Origin: an uncultured Actinomycetes bacterium | GTDB lineage: Bacteria > Actinomycetota > UBA4738 > HRBIN12 | Length of the DNA stretch: 64,000 nt | Assembly: GCA_963704885.1 (NCBI GenBank) | Contig: CAVPIB010000001.1 | Location: forward strand, 640,001 to 704,000 | Reading direction: 5' to 3' | Shown: in pieces, positions 20,801 to 30,042 of the stretch | Layout of the letters: each line of letters begins with the position of its first letter | How positions within the stretch are numbered: the first letter of the stretch is position 1 | Notes under the pieces: model-generated | Told to the model about the DNA's origin: nothing | The model's database searches: none | What the model saw: the letters and a program-made list of their open reading frames with translations, nothing else | Program-made: the position numbers and the translations under genes

Positions 20801-21792
20801 ATCTGGCAGCGTCGCTCCATGCTCGCCTGCCGGACCTACCTGCGATCCTGGCATCGTCCGTTGGGCGGCGGGAGGTGGAGGCCGATCCCCGCTGGACGCT
20901 CGCGGGGATCGCGGCCGTCGTTACGAAGCCGATCAGGGCCTCGACGCTATACGCCGCCGTCGCGTCGGTCCTGGGCGAAGCGTCCGGGGATCGGGCCGAG
21001 GGCCGAACGACGGACGAGATCGACGGGGAGCTCGGCGCCAGGCATCCGCTGCGGATCTTGCTCGCCGAAGACAACGTGGTGAACCAGAAGCTGGCGATCC
21101 GGCTGCTGGAGAAGATGGGCTACCGCGCGGACATCGCCGCTAACGGCGTGGAAGCGCTCGAAGCGCTCGAACGCCAGCCCTACGACCTGCTACTCAGTGA
21201 CGTGCAGATGCCCGAGATGGATGGTGTCGAAACCACGCGCCGGATCCTGAAGCGGTGGGAACCGCAAGACCGGCCGTGGATCGTCGCGATGACCGCCGAG
21301 GCGATGCAGGGCGACCGCGAGCGGTTCCTGGCGGCCGGGATGAACGACTACGTCATGAAGCCGATCCGGACCGAGGAGCTCGTGGCGGCGATCGAGCGGA
21401 CCCCGCGCCGTGGCGACGGCGAGCCGGCCGCGACGGGACCGGTGGACGAGAAGGTCATCGAGAGGCTCGTTGAGAGCACCGGCGACGGGTCGTTCGTGGC
21501 GGAGCTGATCGATCAGTTCCGCGCCGACGCGCTCGGCCTGGTCGAGACCGCGAGGGCCGGCGTGGCCGCAGGAGACGCCGACGAGGTCCGCCGCGCCGTG
21601 CACACCCTCACGTCGAACGCGGCCACGTTCGGCGCGACAGATCTCGCCGTGCAGAGCCGGCAACTCGAGGAGTCGGCGAAGAGCGGGTCTCTCGAAGACG
21701 TCGGGCTGCGCCTGGACGCGATCGCCGAGCAGGTGGAACGGGTTCGCGGATCCCTGGCAGCCGCGAAGCAACGACTCTCCGGATCGCGATAG
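17854..21792 (+). CDS. Hybrid sensor histidine kinase (GAFx3-PAS-HisKA-HATPase-RECx2-Hpt)
   Basis: [37 protein letters not shown], two REC domains, C-terminal VHTLTSNA Hpt. Confidence 0.92.
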   Translation: MGDGKKKKTTKALKRRISELEEQEVESRRAAEVDAALYRIAQAASSVTDMQAFYAAMHGIVGELMDASNFYIALYDEARQMINFPYFVDEVDLDVPDPNVWEPFGVGNARGTTAYLLRTDQPTLMGPDDFDKLTAAGELELVGELGQDWLGVPLKSEGHTLGVLVVQTYTPDKRLTRADLDILTIVGEHVGTALERTRLINETRQRSAELTFVNDVQRGLAERLDMQAMYDLVGDRIQEIFDAQVVDIGVVDPDSGLIHFPYTIERGVRFPDKPIELIGFRRMSLETREPVVINEDVGRAATEVGQPLVLTGEPPKSSVFVPLVVGDRGTGVISLQNLDREHAFNDADVRLLTTLAGSLSVALENARLFDESRRRGTEMAALAELGREIGGLLDLDAVLRRIAERARDLLRADTSAVFLEEGPGAGRFVPLVALGDLADLIMADSIQLGEGVIGDVASRGSAEVVNDLKRDPRAVQIPGSEEDQEERLMAAPLLSRGRVIGMMAIWRTDAHAEPFTADDLNFLVGLSQQAAVAIENARLFQESDRQKQYFESLVDISPVAVVTMDPDEVVSGWNPSAERLFGYSAQDAIGRTIDSLVIKSSEYADEGEAIVREALEQGRSHRLTRRMRADGEFVEVEVDVVPLVVDGQHQGFYGIYHDVTELQEARRTADSANEAKSAFLATMSHEIRTPMNAIIGMSGLLSGTALNDEQREYATTVSSSSEALLAIINDILDFSKIEAGKMELEEAPFDLRGCIESVVELVGPVAGGKGLEVTYLMEPDTPEVAVGDASRLRQILLNLLNNAVKFTETGEVVVTAGSAPASVDGKLGFRVSVRDTGIGISPDRVDRLFRSFSQADVSTSRRYGGTGLGLAISRRLAELMGGTVTVQSSGVPGEGSTFHLTFEAGATDMTPTALRRDGSLGGRRALVVDDNATNLRLMTELLGAWGLEVVTAPGVDEALAVLDEGTFDVAVLDMLMPGADGLDLAASLHARLPDLPAILASSVGRREVEADPRWTLAGIAAVVTKPIRASTLYAAVASVLGEASGDRAEGRTTDEIDGELGARHPLRILLAEDNVVNQKLAIRLLEKMGYRADIAANGVEALEALERQPYDLLLSDVQMPEMDGVETTRRILKRWEPQDRPWIVAMTAEAMQGDRERFLAAGMNDYVMKPIRTEELVAAIERTPRRGDGEPAATGPVDEKVIERLVESTGDGSFVAELIDQFRADALGLVETARAGVAAGDADEVRRAVHTLTSNAATFGATDLAVQSRQLEESAKSGSLEDVGLRLDAIAEQVERVRGSLAAAKQRLSGSR

Positions 21793-21833
21793 CTCAGCTG
21801 CTTCTTGACGTTCGGCCACCTCTCCGATAATAC

Positions 21834-21849
21834 TTAACTAGATGGTTCA
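21834..21849. promoter_or_regulatory. Putative ArsR operator overlapping a leaderless start
   Basis: Imperfect palindrome TTAACTAGATGGTTCA spanning ATG 21842, with AT-rich -10-like sequence just upstream. Confidence 0.45.
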
Positions 21850-22180
21850 GTCTCAGGTGCTCGACCGGACGTTCTCGGCGCTGTCGGATCCGACGCGGCG
21901 CGTCATCCTCGAACGCTTGGCGACGGGACCGGCCTCCATCAGTCAACTGGCAGAACCGATCGGCATCTCGCTCCCCGGGGTGATGAAGCACGTCCGCATC
22001 CTGGAGGAGGCGAAGCTCGTGATCACCGAGAAGCACGGCCGCACTCGTGAGTGCCGCCTGGGCCCGGATCAGATGGACGACGCCACTCGTTGGATCGAGC
22101 ACTACCGCGAGCAGTGGGAAGGCCGGCTCGATCGGCTGGAGGCATACCTCGAGCAGAAACAGAAGGGGGAACGGTCATGA
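21842..22180 (+). CDS. ArsR/SmtB-family transcriptional regulator
   Basis: FSALSDPTRRVILERL...KHVRILEEAKLV...GRTRECRL. Confidence 0.9.
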   Translation: MVQSQVLDRTFSALSDPTRRVILERLATGPASISQLAEPIGISLPGVMKHVRILEEAKLVITEKHGRTRECRLGPDQMDDATRWIEHYREQWEGRLDRLEAYLEQKQKGERS

Positions 22181-22644
22181 CAGAGAGCACGGCACCGAAG
22201 CTGGAGGAGCGGGGCGACCTCACCGTGACACGCATCTTCGACGCACCGCGGGAGATGGTGTTCCGGGCCTTCCTGGAACCCGAACAGCTCACGCGCTTCT
22301 GGGGTCCAGTCGGCGTCTCGACCCCCGTTTCGAACATCACGATCGACCCGCGAGTGGGGGGCGTCTTCGAGACGATCATGGTGTCCGACGAGGACGGCAC
22401 CGAGTACCCGACCAAGGGGATCTTCGTCGAGCTGGTGGAGCCCGAGCGGATCGTTTGGCGCGACCCAGAAGTCGGCGAGACGCAAACCCTCACGTTCAAC
22501 GACCTCGGTGGCAAGACCGAGCTGGTCATCCTTCAGGTCAACCTCCCAGCGGACTACAGGACCCCGGAGTCCCTAGCCGGCTTCAACAGCTACCTCGACC
22601 GGCTGGCCGAGCACCTTGCGCGCAAGCAAGCAGGGGGTGCCTAG
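22177..22644 (+). CDS. SRPBCC/AHSA1-domain protein
   Basis: TRIFDAPREMVFRAF...RFWGP...DPRVGG; ATGA overlap with arsR. Confidence 0.88.
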   Translation: MTESTAPKLEERGDLTVTRIFDAPREMVFRAFLEPEQLTRFWGPVGVSTPVSNITIDPRVGGVFETIMVSDEDGTEYPTKGIFVELVEPERIVWRDPEVGETQTLTFNDLGGKTELVILQVNLPADYRTPESLAGFNSYLDRLAEHLARKQAGGA

Positions 22645-23474
22645 GGGATCAGCCCGAACACCGTGGAGGGCGCTCCCGATCCCTCCCGGTTCCTCGGGCC
22701 TCCCCACGTGATCCAGGCTCCGACCGCGGGCAACGCTCCCAGGTTCGTCAGGTTCTCCAGCGTGAAGCGGTGCTTGTGGAGCGTTAGCGAGGTCTCGCGG
22801 TAGTGGAAGTCGCTGCCCGGGTCTGGACCGAACGTGTCGGTCCCAAGCGCGCCGCGTCTGCCCAGCACGCCCTGCTCGAGTAGCCACTTCACCGACGCCA
22901 GCGAGAACCCGGGCTGGTGGAAGCCGCCCTTGCCGCTGCCGCACGAGTAGTAGCTGATCGTGCCGGGTCCGCGGTCGGGTCCCCAGAACTCGTCACAGCC
23001 GGTCCTAAGGAGCACGGCCGCCTCCTGCGGCATGGGGCCGTTCGCCGCGACCCACGCTTCGAGGTCTGCCACCTTGACCACGTAGTCGACGTCGTCGGCG
23101 ACCTGCGCGCGCACGTCGATCACCACGGCCGGCAGGAAGAAGTCGCCCGGATCCATCGCATCGGCGCAGAGCGCGTTCGCATGGAAGTGGCACGGCGAGC
23201 TGTAGTGCGTACCCGTGTGCTCGCCCTCGCTGGCGTTCTGCAGGTAGAAGCCGTCGTTCGCCACGGTGAAGACCGTCCGCAGCCGGAACCGAGGATCGCC
23301 CGGGAACCCCGGTGTAACCGCGGGATCGTTCACGTGGCTCAGGAACACCACCTGACCGAACCCCGGCAGGGCGATCTCCGTGCCAGTGTCTACGCCACCG
23401 CGCGATGCGCCGGCGGCGTAACTGCCGGCCGCGACGATCGCTATGACCGCTGTGAGAGCGAGCATCTTCCGCAT
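22641..23474 (-). CDS. Secreted cyclase-family (kynurenine formamidase-like) metal hydrolase
   Basis: Signal peptide; EHTGTHYSSPCHF, LLRTG, PGFS, GTDTFGPD, LENL. Confidence 0.8.
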   Translation of the reverse strand: MRKMLALTAVIAIVAAGSYAAGASRGGVDTGTEIALPGFGQVVFLSHVNDPAVTPGFPGDPRFRLRTVFTVANDGFYLQNASEGEHTGTHYSSPCHFHANALCADAMDPGDFFLPAVVIDVRAQVADDVDYVVKVADLEAWVAANGPMPQEAAVLLRTGCDEFWGPDRGPGTISYYSCGSGKGGFHQPGFSLASVKWLLEQGVLGRRGALGTDTFGPDPGSDFHYRETSLTLHKHRFTLENLTNLGALPAVGAWITWGGPRNREGSGAPSTVFGLIP

Positions 23475-23505
23475 GACTCCATACCTCCCTCTGCGAGGAC
23501 GGGGC

Positions 23506-24792
23506 TCAGGCCCCGGCCATGACGGACTCGAGCAGGTCGGCGCCCTTGATCCGACCGGGGTCGGCCTGGATCGCCTTCGAGTGCGCAGCCATCCGCGCCT
23601 TCAGGTCGTCGTCGGCGAGCAGCCGGTTCACGGCGCCGATCAGCTGATCGTCGGTCCAGTCGTACGTGGGGAGCCGCTCGCCGAACCCGGTCTCCCGCAA
23701 CCTTTGTGCGTTGTCGTACTGATCCCAGAACAGCGGCAGGCCGATCATCGGCAGGCCGAAGTGGAACCCTTCGCACACCGTGTTGTTCCCGCCGTGTGTG
23801 ATCAGCAGGTCGCACTGCGGCAGGATCGACGGCTGCGGCAGGAACTGATCGCCGTACATGTTGGGGCCGAGCGCCATCTGGTCCTTCAGCGGTCCCATCG
23901 ACACGATCGTGCGGTGCTCGGTCTTGGCCATCGCATCGATCAGGCGCTGCATCAGCCCGACGTCCATACAGCCGAGCGATCCGAGCGACAGGTAGATCAC
24001 CTTGCCCTCGCCGGGTACCTGCTCGGCGACATCGAACGGCGCGTCGCTGGTCCGCACGGTGGAGTTCAGGCGATGCCACGTGGAGTCCAACGGTCGTGCT
24101 CGTGGGTAGTCGGCGACCTCTGGGAACAGGTAGAGGTTCGCCCACGGCGAGTTGGTGTTGAACTCGTCGATCGGGCAGGGGTCGACACCCACGGACGCGC
24201 GGAAGTCGTTGTGCTCCTTCAGGAGGGCCTCGTGCTGGGCGTGGTACTCATCCCGGAACGCCTGCCACTCGCTCCGATCGTCGATCGGCAGACCCGACAG
24301 GACCGGGGGCAGATCCGGATCGCGCATCTCCAGCGGGTTCGCCGAGACGAACCGGACCCACGGACAACCCGCGAGCTCGACCGCGGGGTACCCCGTGACG
24401 TTGTCGGTGCAAACGACGTCGGGGTGGATGTCGTCCCAGATCTCCATGAGCCGAGGGTGCGAGTACTGCGCGCCGGCCACTAGCGTCTCCCAGATGGGTT
24501 TCGTCACCGTGGCGATCTGCTCGATCGTGGGTTTGCGGAACTCCGGCGCGGTCGCCCGGATGAACTCGGCCCACGGGTCGGCGGTCGGATCCGCGTTCTC
24601 CTCGGGCGGCGCCATGCGCATCATGCGCTCCTCGAACCCGCGCTTCTCCAGCTCCCCTTCGAACGACTCGTCCACCACGAACACGATCCGATGTCCGCGC
24701 TCGGCGAGCACGTTGGCGATCGCGACGCAGTTGTTGGTGGGTCCCCACGCGCCCGGCTCGGGGAAGAAGGCGATCGACTTCGCGTCAGCCAT
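23506..24792 (-). CDS. GT1/MGT-family glycosyltransferase
   Basis: IYLSLGSLG, FLPQPSILPQCDLLITHGGNNT, LPLFWDQYDNA. Confidence 0.88.
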   Translation of the reverse strand: MADAKSIAFFPEPGAWGPTNNCVAIANVLAERGHRIVFVVDESFEGELEKRGFEERMMRMAPPEENADPTADPWAEFIRATAPEFRKPTIEQIATVTKPIWETLVAGAQYSHPRLMEIWDDIHPDVVCTDNVTGYPAVELAGCPWVRFVSANPLEMRDPDLPPVLSGLPIDDRSEWQAFRDEYHAQHEALLKEHNDFRASVGVDPCPIDEFNTNSPWANLYLFPEVADYPRARPLDSTWHRLNSTVRTSDAPFDVAEQVPGEGKVIYLSLGSLGCMDVGLMQRLIDAMAKTEHRTIVSMGPLKDQMALGPNMYGDQFLPQPSILPQCDLLITHGGNNTVCEGFHFGLPMIGLPLFWDQYDNAQRLRETGFGERLPTYDWTDDQLIGAVNRLLADDDLKARMAAHSKAIQADPGRIKGADLLESVMAGA

Positions 24793-24849
24793 GGGCTCGG
24801 AGGCTACGACGCGCGCGCCTTCCGCGCCACCGGGAGGATGCTCCGGGCG

Positions 24850-25263
24850 TCAGGGGAGGAGCTCGAAGGCTTCTACGTGGTTCGGACGCACGGCGCTGAA
24901 GTCGCGGCGATCGAGCGTCGCGATCTGCGTGACCCCGAGTCGTTCGGCCAGGGCCACCAGCGATGCATCCACGGTTCCCAGGGGCAAGTTCCGATATCGA
25001 GCGATGAGCTCGATCATCCGCGGCCAGTCCTCCGCGTCGACCGGCATCACCTCGAGCGACCCACTCGCGAGGTCCTGCAGGAAGCGGATCTCCGATGTCG
25101 TTCCGAGCCGCGTTCTTGCCAGGTAGGTGACCTCGGAGACCGCCAGCGCCGGGATGAAGAGCGGACCGCGATGGCGCTCGAGGAGCAGCCGGCATGGGCC
25201 GTGGTGCCGATCGCTGTGATCGAGGTAGGCGAAGAGCGGGCCGGTATCGACGACGAGGCCTAC
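24850..25263 (-). CDS. vapC: VapC PIN-domain toxin (apparent non-canonical GTA start)
   Basis: LVVDTGPL...SEVTY...GTVDASLVALAERL...ATLDRRDF PIN motifs. Confidence 0.8.
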   Translation of the reverse strand, partial: VGLVVDTGPLFAYLDHSDRHHGPCRLLLERHRGPLFIPALAVSEVTYLARTRLGTTSEIRFLQDLASGSLEVMPVDAEDWPRMIELIARYRNLPLGTVDASLVALAERLGVTQIATLDRRDFSAVRPNHVEAFELLP

Positions 25264-25508
25264 GGCTCGCTCCCGTGTTCTGCGAACCGCTCCGCTTCCT
25301 CGGTCAGGATCTCCTCGATCCGTTCCGAGAGATCCGAGCGACCGCTCCGACCCGAGGCCGTTCCCACGAGGCGGCGTCGGGCTCCGACGCCTAGGTATAA
25401 CTCGATCGCCTCGCGCGTGAGCGCGGATATCGTGGTCCCTCGGCGTTCGGCCTCCTGGCGGAGCTTGGCGTCCAGGTCCTCGGGTAGCTTCACGGTCGTC
25501 CTCTTCAT
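25260..25508 (-). CDS. vapB: Ribbon-helix-helix (CopG) antitoxin
   Basis: MKRTTVKLPEDLDAKLRQEAERRGTTISALTREAI; overlaps the PIN gene. Confidence 0.85.
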   Translation of the reverse strand: MKRTTVKLPEDLDAKLRQEAERRGTTISALTREAIELYLGVGARRRLVGTASGRSGRSDLSERIEEILTEEAERFAEHGSEP

Positions 25509-25509
25509 G

Positions 25510-25523
25510 GTATGCCAGCATAC
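25510..25523. promoter_or_regulatory. vapBC operator palindrome containing -10 box
   Basis: GTATGC-N2-GCATAC; minus strand contains TATGCT 8 nt before the antitoxin ATG. Confidence 0.6.
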
Positions 25524-25576
25524 TCCTGACAAGGCTGGCATGGAACGGTCGGGCCGACCGTGATCGGCGTCACACC

Positions 25577-26998
25577 TCAGCAGTCGTAATACAGGTGGAA
25601 CTCGTACGGGTGGGGGCGCAGGCGCACCGCGTCCACCTCGTGGATCCGCTTGTACTCGATCCACGTGTCGATCACGTCCTGCGTGAACACGCCGCCCTCC
25701 AGCAGCCACTGGTGGTCGTTCTCGAGGCTGTCCAGCACCTCTTCGAGCGAGCCGGGCACCTGCTTGACCATCGCCTTCTCCTCGGGCGGCAGGTCGTACA
25801 GGTCCTTGTCCATGGGCTCCGGCGGCTCGATCTTGTTCTTGATCCCGTCCAGTCCGGCCATGAGCATGGCGCTGAACGCCAGATACGGGTTGCAGGTCGG
25901 GTCCGGCGTGCGGAACTCAAGCCGCTTGGTCGCCGGGCTCTTGGAGAACACGGGGATCCGGATGCAGGCGCTGCGGTTCCGCTGGCTGTAGACCAAGTTG
26001 ATGGGTGCCTCGTAGCCCGGCACCAGCCGACGGTAGGAGTTCGTGGTGGGATTGGTGAAGGCCAGGAGCGAGGACGCGTGTGATAGCAACCCGCCGATGT
26101 ACCAGCGGCCCATGTCGCTGATCCCCGCGTAGCCGACCTCGTCCCAGAACAGGTTCTCGTCGTCGCGCCACAGGCTCTGATGCGTGTGCATGCCCGAGCC
26201 GTTGTCCATGAACAGAGGCTTGGGCATGAACGTCACGGTCTTACCGGCCTTCCAGGCCGTGTTCTTGACCACGTACTTGTACTTGAGGACGTTGTCGGCG
26301 GTGCGGAGCAGCGTGCCGTATCGCATGTCGATCTCGGCCTGTCCCGCCGTGCCCACCTCGTGGTGGTGGATCTCGATGTCGATACCCACCTTCTCCAGGT
26401 TCAGCACCATCTCGCTGCGCAGGTCCTGGTACTGGTCCATGGGGGGCAGGGGGAAGTAGCCCTCCTTGTAACGCGGCCGGTAGCCCAGGTTCTTGCCGCC
26501 CATCTCGGCACCCGAGTTCCAAACACCTTCGTCGGCATCGATGTGGTAATAGCCCTCGTGCTGGTTCTGGTCGAACCGGATCGAGTCGAAGATGTAGAAC
26601 TCGGCCTCCGGCCCCCAGTAGCTGATGTCGGCTATCCCGGTCTGCTTGAGGTACAGCTCGGCCTTCTTCGCCACGTAGCGCGGGTCACGGCTGTACATCT
26701 CACCGGTGACGGGGTCCTTCACGAAACAGTTGATGTTCAGCGTCCGGTGCTGCGTGAACGGGTCCATGTACGCGGTGTCGGGGTCGGCCACGAGCAGCAT
26801 GTCCGACTCCTGGATCTCCTGGAACCCTCGGATCGACGATCCGTCGAAACCGATCCCATCTTCGAATATCGACTCGTTGAGCTCGGCCGCGGGGACCGAG
26901 AAATGCTGCATGAGGCCCGGCAGGTCGCAGAAGCGATAGTCGACGATCTCCACCCCGTGTTCCTTAACCATGGCCAAGACGTCTTTCGGTGTAGCCAC
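25577..26998 (-). CDS. glnA: Glutamine synthetase type I (GSI-beta)
   Basis: [43 protein letters not shown], and adenylylation site [11 protein letters not shown]. Confidence 0.97.
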   Translation of the reverse strand: MATPKDVLAMVKEHGVEIVDYRFCDLPGLMQHFSVPAAELNESIFEDGIGFDGSSIRGFQEIQESDMLLVADPDTAYMDPFTQHRTLNINCFVKDPVTGEMYSRDPRYVAKKAELYLKQTGIADISYWGPEAEFYIFDSIRFDQNQHEGYYHIDADEGVWNSGAEMGGKNLGYRPRYKEGYFPLPPMDQYQDLRSEMVLNLEKVGIDIEIHHHEVGTAGQAEIDMRYGTLLRTADNVLKYKYVVKNTAWKAGKTVTFMPKPLFMDNGSGMHTHQSLWRDDENLFWDEVGYAGISDMGRWYIGGLLSHASSLLAFTNPTTNSYRRLVPGYEAPINLVYSQRNRSACIRIPVFSKSPATKRLEFRTPDPTCNPYLAFSAMLMAGLDGIKNKIEPPEPMDKDLYDLPPEEKAMVKQVPGSLEEVLDSLENDHQWLLEGGVFTQDVIDTWIEYKRIHEVDAVRLRPHPYEFHLYYDC

Positions 26999-27058
26999 CG
27001 GTCTTCCCCCTCGCTGCTCGACGACCCCCCAAGCCTAGGAGCGTGGCGGGGCCGAACC

Positions 27059-27085
27059 GTTTCTTGAGCGTTAACTCTGCGTAAC
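27059..27085 (-). promoter_or_regulatory. GlnR binding site upstream of glnA
   Basis: Minus strand GTTAC-N6-TTAAC-N6-GAAAC, matching the actinobacterial GlnR box pattern gTnAc-n6-GaAAc. Confidence 0.75.
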
Positions 27086-27089
27086 GAAC

Positions 27090-27114
27090 GGGCCCCGGCT
27101 TGGCGCCGGGGCCC
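27090..27114. terminator. GC-rich hairpin (possible terminator)
   Basis: GGGCCCCGGC-TTGGC-GCCGGGGCCC perfect 10-bp stem; no strong U-tract. Confidence 0.45.
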
Positions 27115-27244
27115 TGGATCGGTGCTTCCGTGGATCTGGGTTCTCGCCCTGTTCTTTTCGTCTCTACCGGTCGTGCCTTCGGCGGGCGGAGGTCCCCGTC
27201 CGAGGGGGGAGGTCCGTAGGGGGACCTCCGCGCCGAGGGCTGGC

Positions 27245-27394
27245 CTACCGGCCCCGACCGGACACCCGCTCGTCGTCCTTGCGGACGGGAACGAGAGCCG
27301 GCCAGGACCGGAGGATCGAACTCAGGATCGCTACGCCGAGGGGGAGGGTTCCCATCCAGAGGATGAGGATCGCGGTCCTGAGTTCGTCGGCCAT
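27245..27394 (-). CDS. Small membrane protein (49 aa), not in ORF track
   Basis: MADELRTAILILWMGTLPLGVAILSSILRSWPALVPVRKDDERVSGRGR; one hydrophobic helix and a charged tail. Confidence 0.55.
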   Translation of the reverse strand: MADELRTAILILWMGTLPLGVAILSSILRSWPALVPVRKDDERVSGRGR

Positions 27395-27522
27395 GTGCAG
27401 GTCATCGGTCGCCGAGGCTCTTGTGGCGCAGGCTCACTTGGGAGCATTTCTCGCTCCGCCGGTACCCGGGATCGAGTAAGACGTCCGCCCTTGGGCGACC
27501 GACGGGCCGTCTGCCGAGCCTC

Positions 27523-28188
27523 TCAGTCCTCCGGCTGGGCTGCGCGGTAGCCCACGCTCCGCACGGTCTCGATCAGCTGCTCGTGCTCGGGGCCGAGTTT
27601 GGCTCGCAACCGGCGAACGTGAACGTCGACCGTTCGCGTGCCGCCGTAGAAGTCATAACCCCAGACCTCGCGCAAGAGCGTTGGCCTGGTGAATACCCTG
27701 CCCGGGCTCTGCGCCAGGAACCGGAGCAGCTCGAACTCCTTGAACGTGAGATCCAGGGGGCGGCCGCCGGCGGTGACGCGGTAGGTGTCGGTGTCGATCG
27801 CGAGGGGACCCAGGCGGATGGTGGAGCCGTCTCCGGCGCCGGCGCGCCGCCTGAGCATCGCCATGCGCAGCCCGATCTCGGCCGGCGGCGCGCCCGGGTA
27901 CAAGAACTCGTCGGCCACCTCGTGCCACGGGTAGCGCTCGACCTGATCGCGTTCCAGGATGACCAGCGTGGGGATCCTGGGGTGCTCGGCTCGAAGCCCT
28001 TGCAGGACCGACCACGCCTGACCCGGGTTCTCGCAGGCATCTACGAGCAGGGCCTCGGGTTCCAGCTCGCGGACGTGCGCCAGGGACGTGAGGGCCAGGG
28101 GCTCCACCTTGAGGTCGGGACGCAGCTCCGAAAGGGCGGGCAACGCCGCCTCGGGACCACGATCGGCGAGCAGGACCAGGGGAGCCAT
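27523..28188 (-). CDS. glnR: GlnR nitrogen regulator (atypical OmpR family)
   Basis: Degenerate receiver (ADEFLYPGAPPAEIGLR) and wHTH WGYDFYGGTRTVDVHVRRLRAKLGPEHE; next to hydrolase and moaD as in Streptomyces. Confidence 0.85.
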   Translation of the reverse strand: MAPLVLLADRGPEAALPALSELRPDLKVEPLALTSLAHVRELEPEALLVDACENPGQAWSVLQGLRAEHPRIPTLVILERDQVERYPWHEVADEFLYPGAPPAEIGLRMAMLRRRAGAGDGSTIRLGPLAIDTDTYRVTAGGRPLDLTFKEFELLRFLAQSPGRVFTRPTLLREVWGYDFYGGTRTVDVHVRRLRAKLGPEHEQLIETVRSVGYRAAQPED

Positions 28189-28240
28189 GGGAACCTCCAC
28201 CTTAGCCGGTCGGCATGACCGCCGGTACGCTTGACCAGCC

Positions 28241-29041
28241 ATGACGAACGTCCAGCACGCGCTTTCGCACCACTGGCGGGTCCCCGCTCACGCGTTCACG
28301 GTCACCACCGAGGACGGCGTGAAGCTGATCGGTACCCGGCTGGGAGCGGTCGGCGCCGATCTGCCGGCCGTGGTGCTGGTTCACGGGTTGATGGGTTGGC
28401 ACGCCAAGCCCAGGTTCGCGGTCTTCGCCGAGCACCTGACCGAGTGGTTCAAGGTGTACGCCTTCGACATGCGAGGTCACGGGGACTCGGAGGGCGTGAG
28501 CGACTTCGGCGGCGCCGAGATCTACGACGTGGACGTGGTTCTGGCGCTCGTCCGCGAGGCGGGTCACGCGAGCGTGGTGACCGTGGGGACATCGCAGGGT
28601 GCGATCGCCGCGCTGCGGCACGCGGCCCTGCTCGGGGGCGTGGACGCGGTGGTCGGCATCTCGTCGCTCGCCTCCTGGGACTGGCGCATCGACGCCGATC
28701 CGGTCGCCCGTCGCCAGCTGGACGCTCGGATCGGGAGCAAGGCGGGTCGAGCGGCGCTGCGTGCATGGGGCGTGCACCTGCCGGATCACTGGGAGGCGCC
28801 GGAGTCGCCAGAAGAGGTGGTCGGGAAGATCGCGCCAACCCCCGTGGTGATCGTCCACGGGACCGATGACCGGCTGTTCTCGCCCGATCACGCCCAGAGG
28901 CTGTTCGACGCGGCGAACGAACCCAAACGGCTCCTGCTCGGTGACGGCTTCGGCCACGCAGAGGACGGCTTGACGCCGGCGTTCGGGCGACGGCTCGCGC
29001 GGGTGATCTACGAGACGCTGGAGCTGCCGTGGTCCGAGTGA
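28241..29041 (+). CDS. Alpha/beta hydrolase
   Basis: LVHG, FDMRGHGDS, GTSQG nucleophile elbow, HGTDD, GFGH. Confidence 0.88.
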   Translation: MTNVQHALSHHWRVPAHAFTVTTEDGVKLIGTRLGAVGADLPAVVLVHGLMGWHAKPRFAVFAEHLTEWFKVYAFDMRGHGDSEGVSDFGGAEIYDVDVVLALVREAGHASVVTVGTSQGAIAALRHAALLGGVDAVVGISSLASWDWRIDADPVARRQLDARIGSKAGRAALRAWGVHLPDHWEAPESPEEVVGKIAPTPVVIVHGTDDRLFSPDHAQRLFDAANEPKRLLLGDGFGHAEDGLTPAFGRRLARVIYETLELPWSE

Positions 29042-29274
29042 GGTTGTTCGCGGCCCTGCGCGAGGCGGCGGGGGATTCATGGGTGGAGGCGCCGGGGAAG
29101 ACCGTGGGTGACGTGGTCGACGTGCTGAGCGAGCGCTACGGCGAACGGTTCGCCGGGGTGGTCTCGGTAGCGTCGTTCGTGGTCAACGGGGAGCGGGCAG
29201 GCCGCCAGACGCCGATCGCCGATGGCGACGAGGTGGCGCTGTTGCCTCCCGTCTCCGGCGGCGCGGGGCTCTAG
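29029..29274 (+). CDS. moaD: MoaD/ThiS sulfur-carrier protein
   Basis: VRLFAALREAAG...DEVALLPPVSGG followed by AGL extension. Confidence 0.85.
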   Translation: MVRVRLFAALREAAGDSWVEAPGKTVGDVVDVLSERYGERFAGVVSVASFVVNGERAGRQTPIADGDEVALLPPVSGGAGL

Positions 29275-29732
29275 TCCAACCACCACGATCGCGGCGGCGG
29301 CCGGAGTGCCGAGTCGAGGTCGTCGGCCACGGCGATGAACGCACTTAGTCGCTGCGGGCCGACTTGGTTGACCTTCTCGCAGATCTCAGCGGTGGCCTGG
29401 AGGGACAGTTCGATCCGGCGCTTGCCGAGGCGAGTGACGAGCGGCACACGAACGCCGCCGTCCGGGGGTAGGAGCTCGACGAGTCCGGCTCGATCCAGCT
29501 TGATGAGGAGCCGGCTCACGATCTGGCGGGTTTCGTGGAGCCGTCTGGCGATCGCGGCGGCGTGCGCGTTGCGATCGCGGGAGAGGAGCTCGAGGATCTC
29601 GAACTGCGCGTAGGAGATCTCGAGCTCCTCGAGCGCCGCGTCGAGGCGGGTTTCGAGCCGGCGCTGGAATCGACGCGATGAGTCGATGACGTTCCAGGCA
29701 CTCGGTGCCATGTCGGAAACCGGGTGGGCCAT
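29271..29732 (-). CDS. MarR-family regulator
   Basis: LEISYAQFEILELL...IVSRLLIKLDRAGLV...VTRLGK. Confidence 0.75.
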   Translation of the reverse strand: MAHPVSDMAPSAWNVIDSSRRFQRRLETRLDAALEELEISYAQFEILELLSRDRNAHAAAIARRLHETRQIVSRLLIKLDRAGLVELLPPDGGVRVPLVTRLGKRRIELSLQATAEICEKVNQVGPQRLSAFIAVADDLDSALRPPPRSWWLD

Positions 29733-29832
29733 CAAGGGGTTGTACTCCGCGGTACTGACATGTCCCGTTGGAGGTTGGCGGGCGCCGGGTCGTATCCACC
29801 TCGGGGCGGCGTCCAGCTGGCGCCCACATAGT

Positions 29833-29969
29833 GTCCACCTGTGGACGCCGATGGGAGCCGGTCTCACCGCATGGTGTCCACATGTTTCCCGATGAAACCG
29901 CAGGTCGCACTTGTGAACCGGTGGACGCCCAGCGCCGGGGGGAGGCTGCTTCCGCGTCCACAGGTGGAC
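29833..29969. repeat. 16-bp inverted repeats built from GTCCAC-N2-GTGGAC palindromes
   Basis: GTCCACCTGTGGACGC (29833-29848) and GCGTCCACAGGTGGAC (29954-29969); internal half-sites at 29876 and 29921. Confidence 0.65.
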
Positions 29970-30042
29970 GGCCCCGCAGCGGTAGGCTCATCGCCCGGCG
30001 GCGCGTTCGGAGGCGCCCTGCCATACTCCGACCCACGCTCCC

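Noticed and set aside
25264-25521. N-terminally extended 223-aa PIN protein from ATG 25521
   Set aside because: The extension overlaps the antitoxin in another frame, is not protein-like, and its ATG lies in the operator/-10 region.
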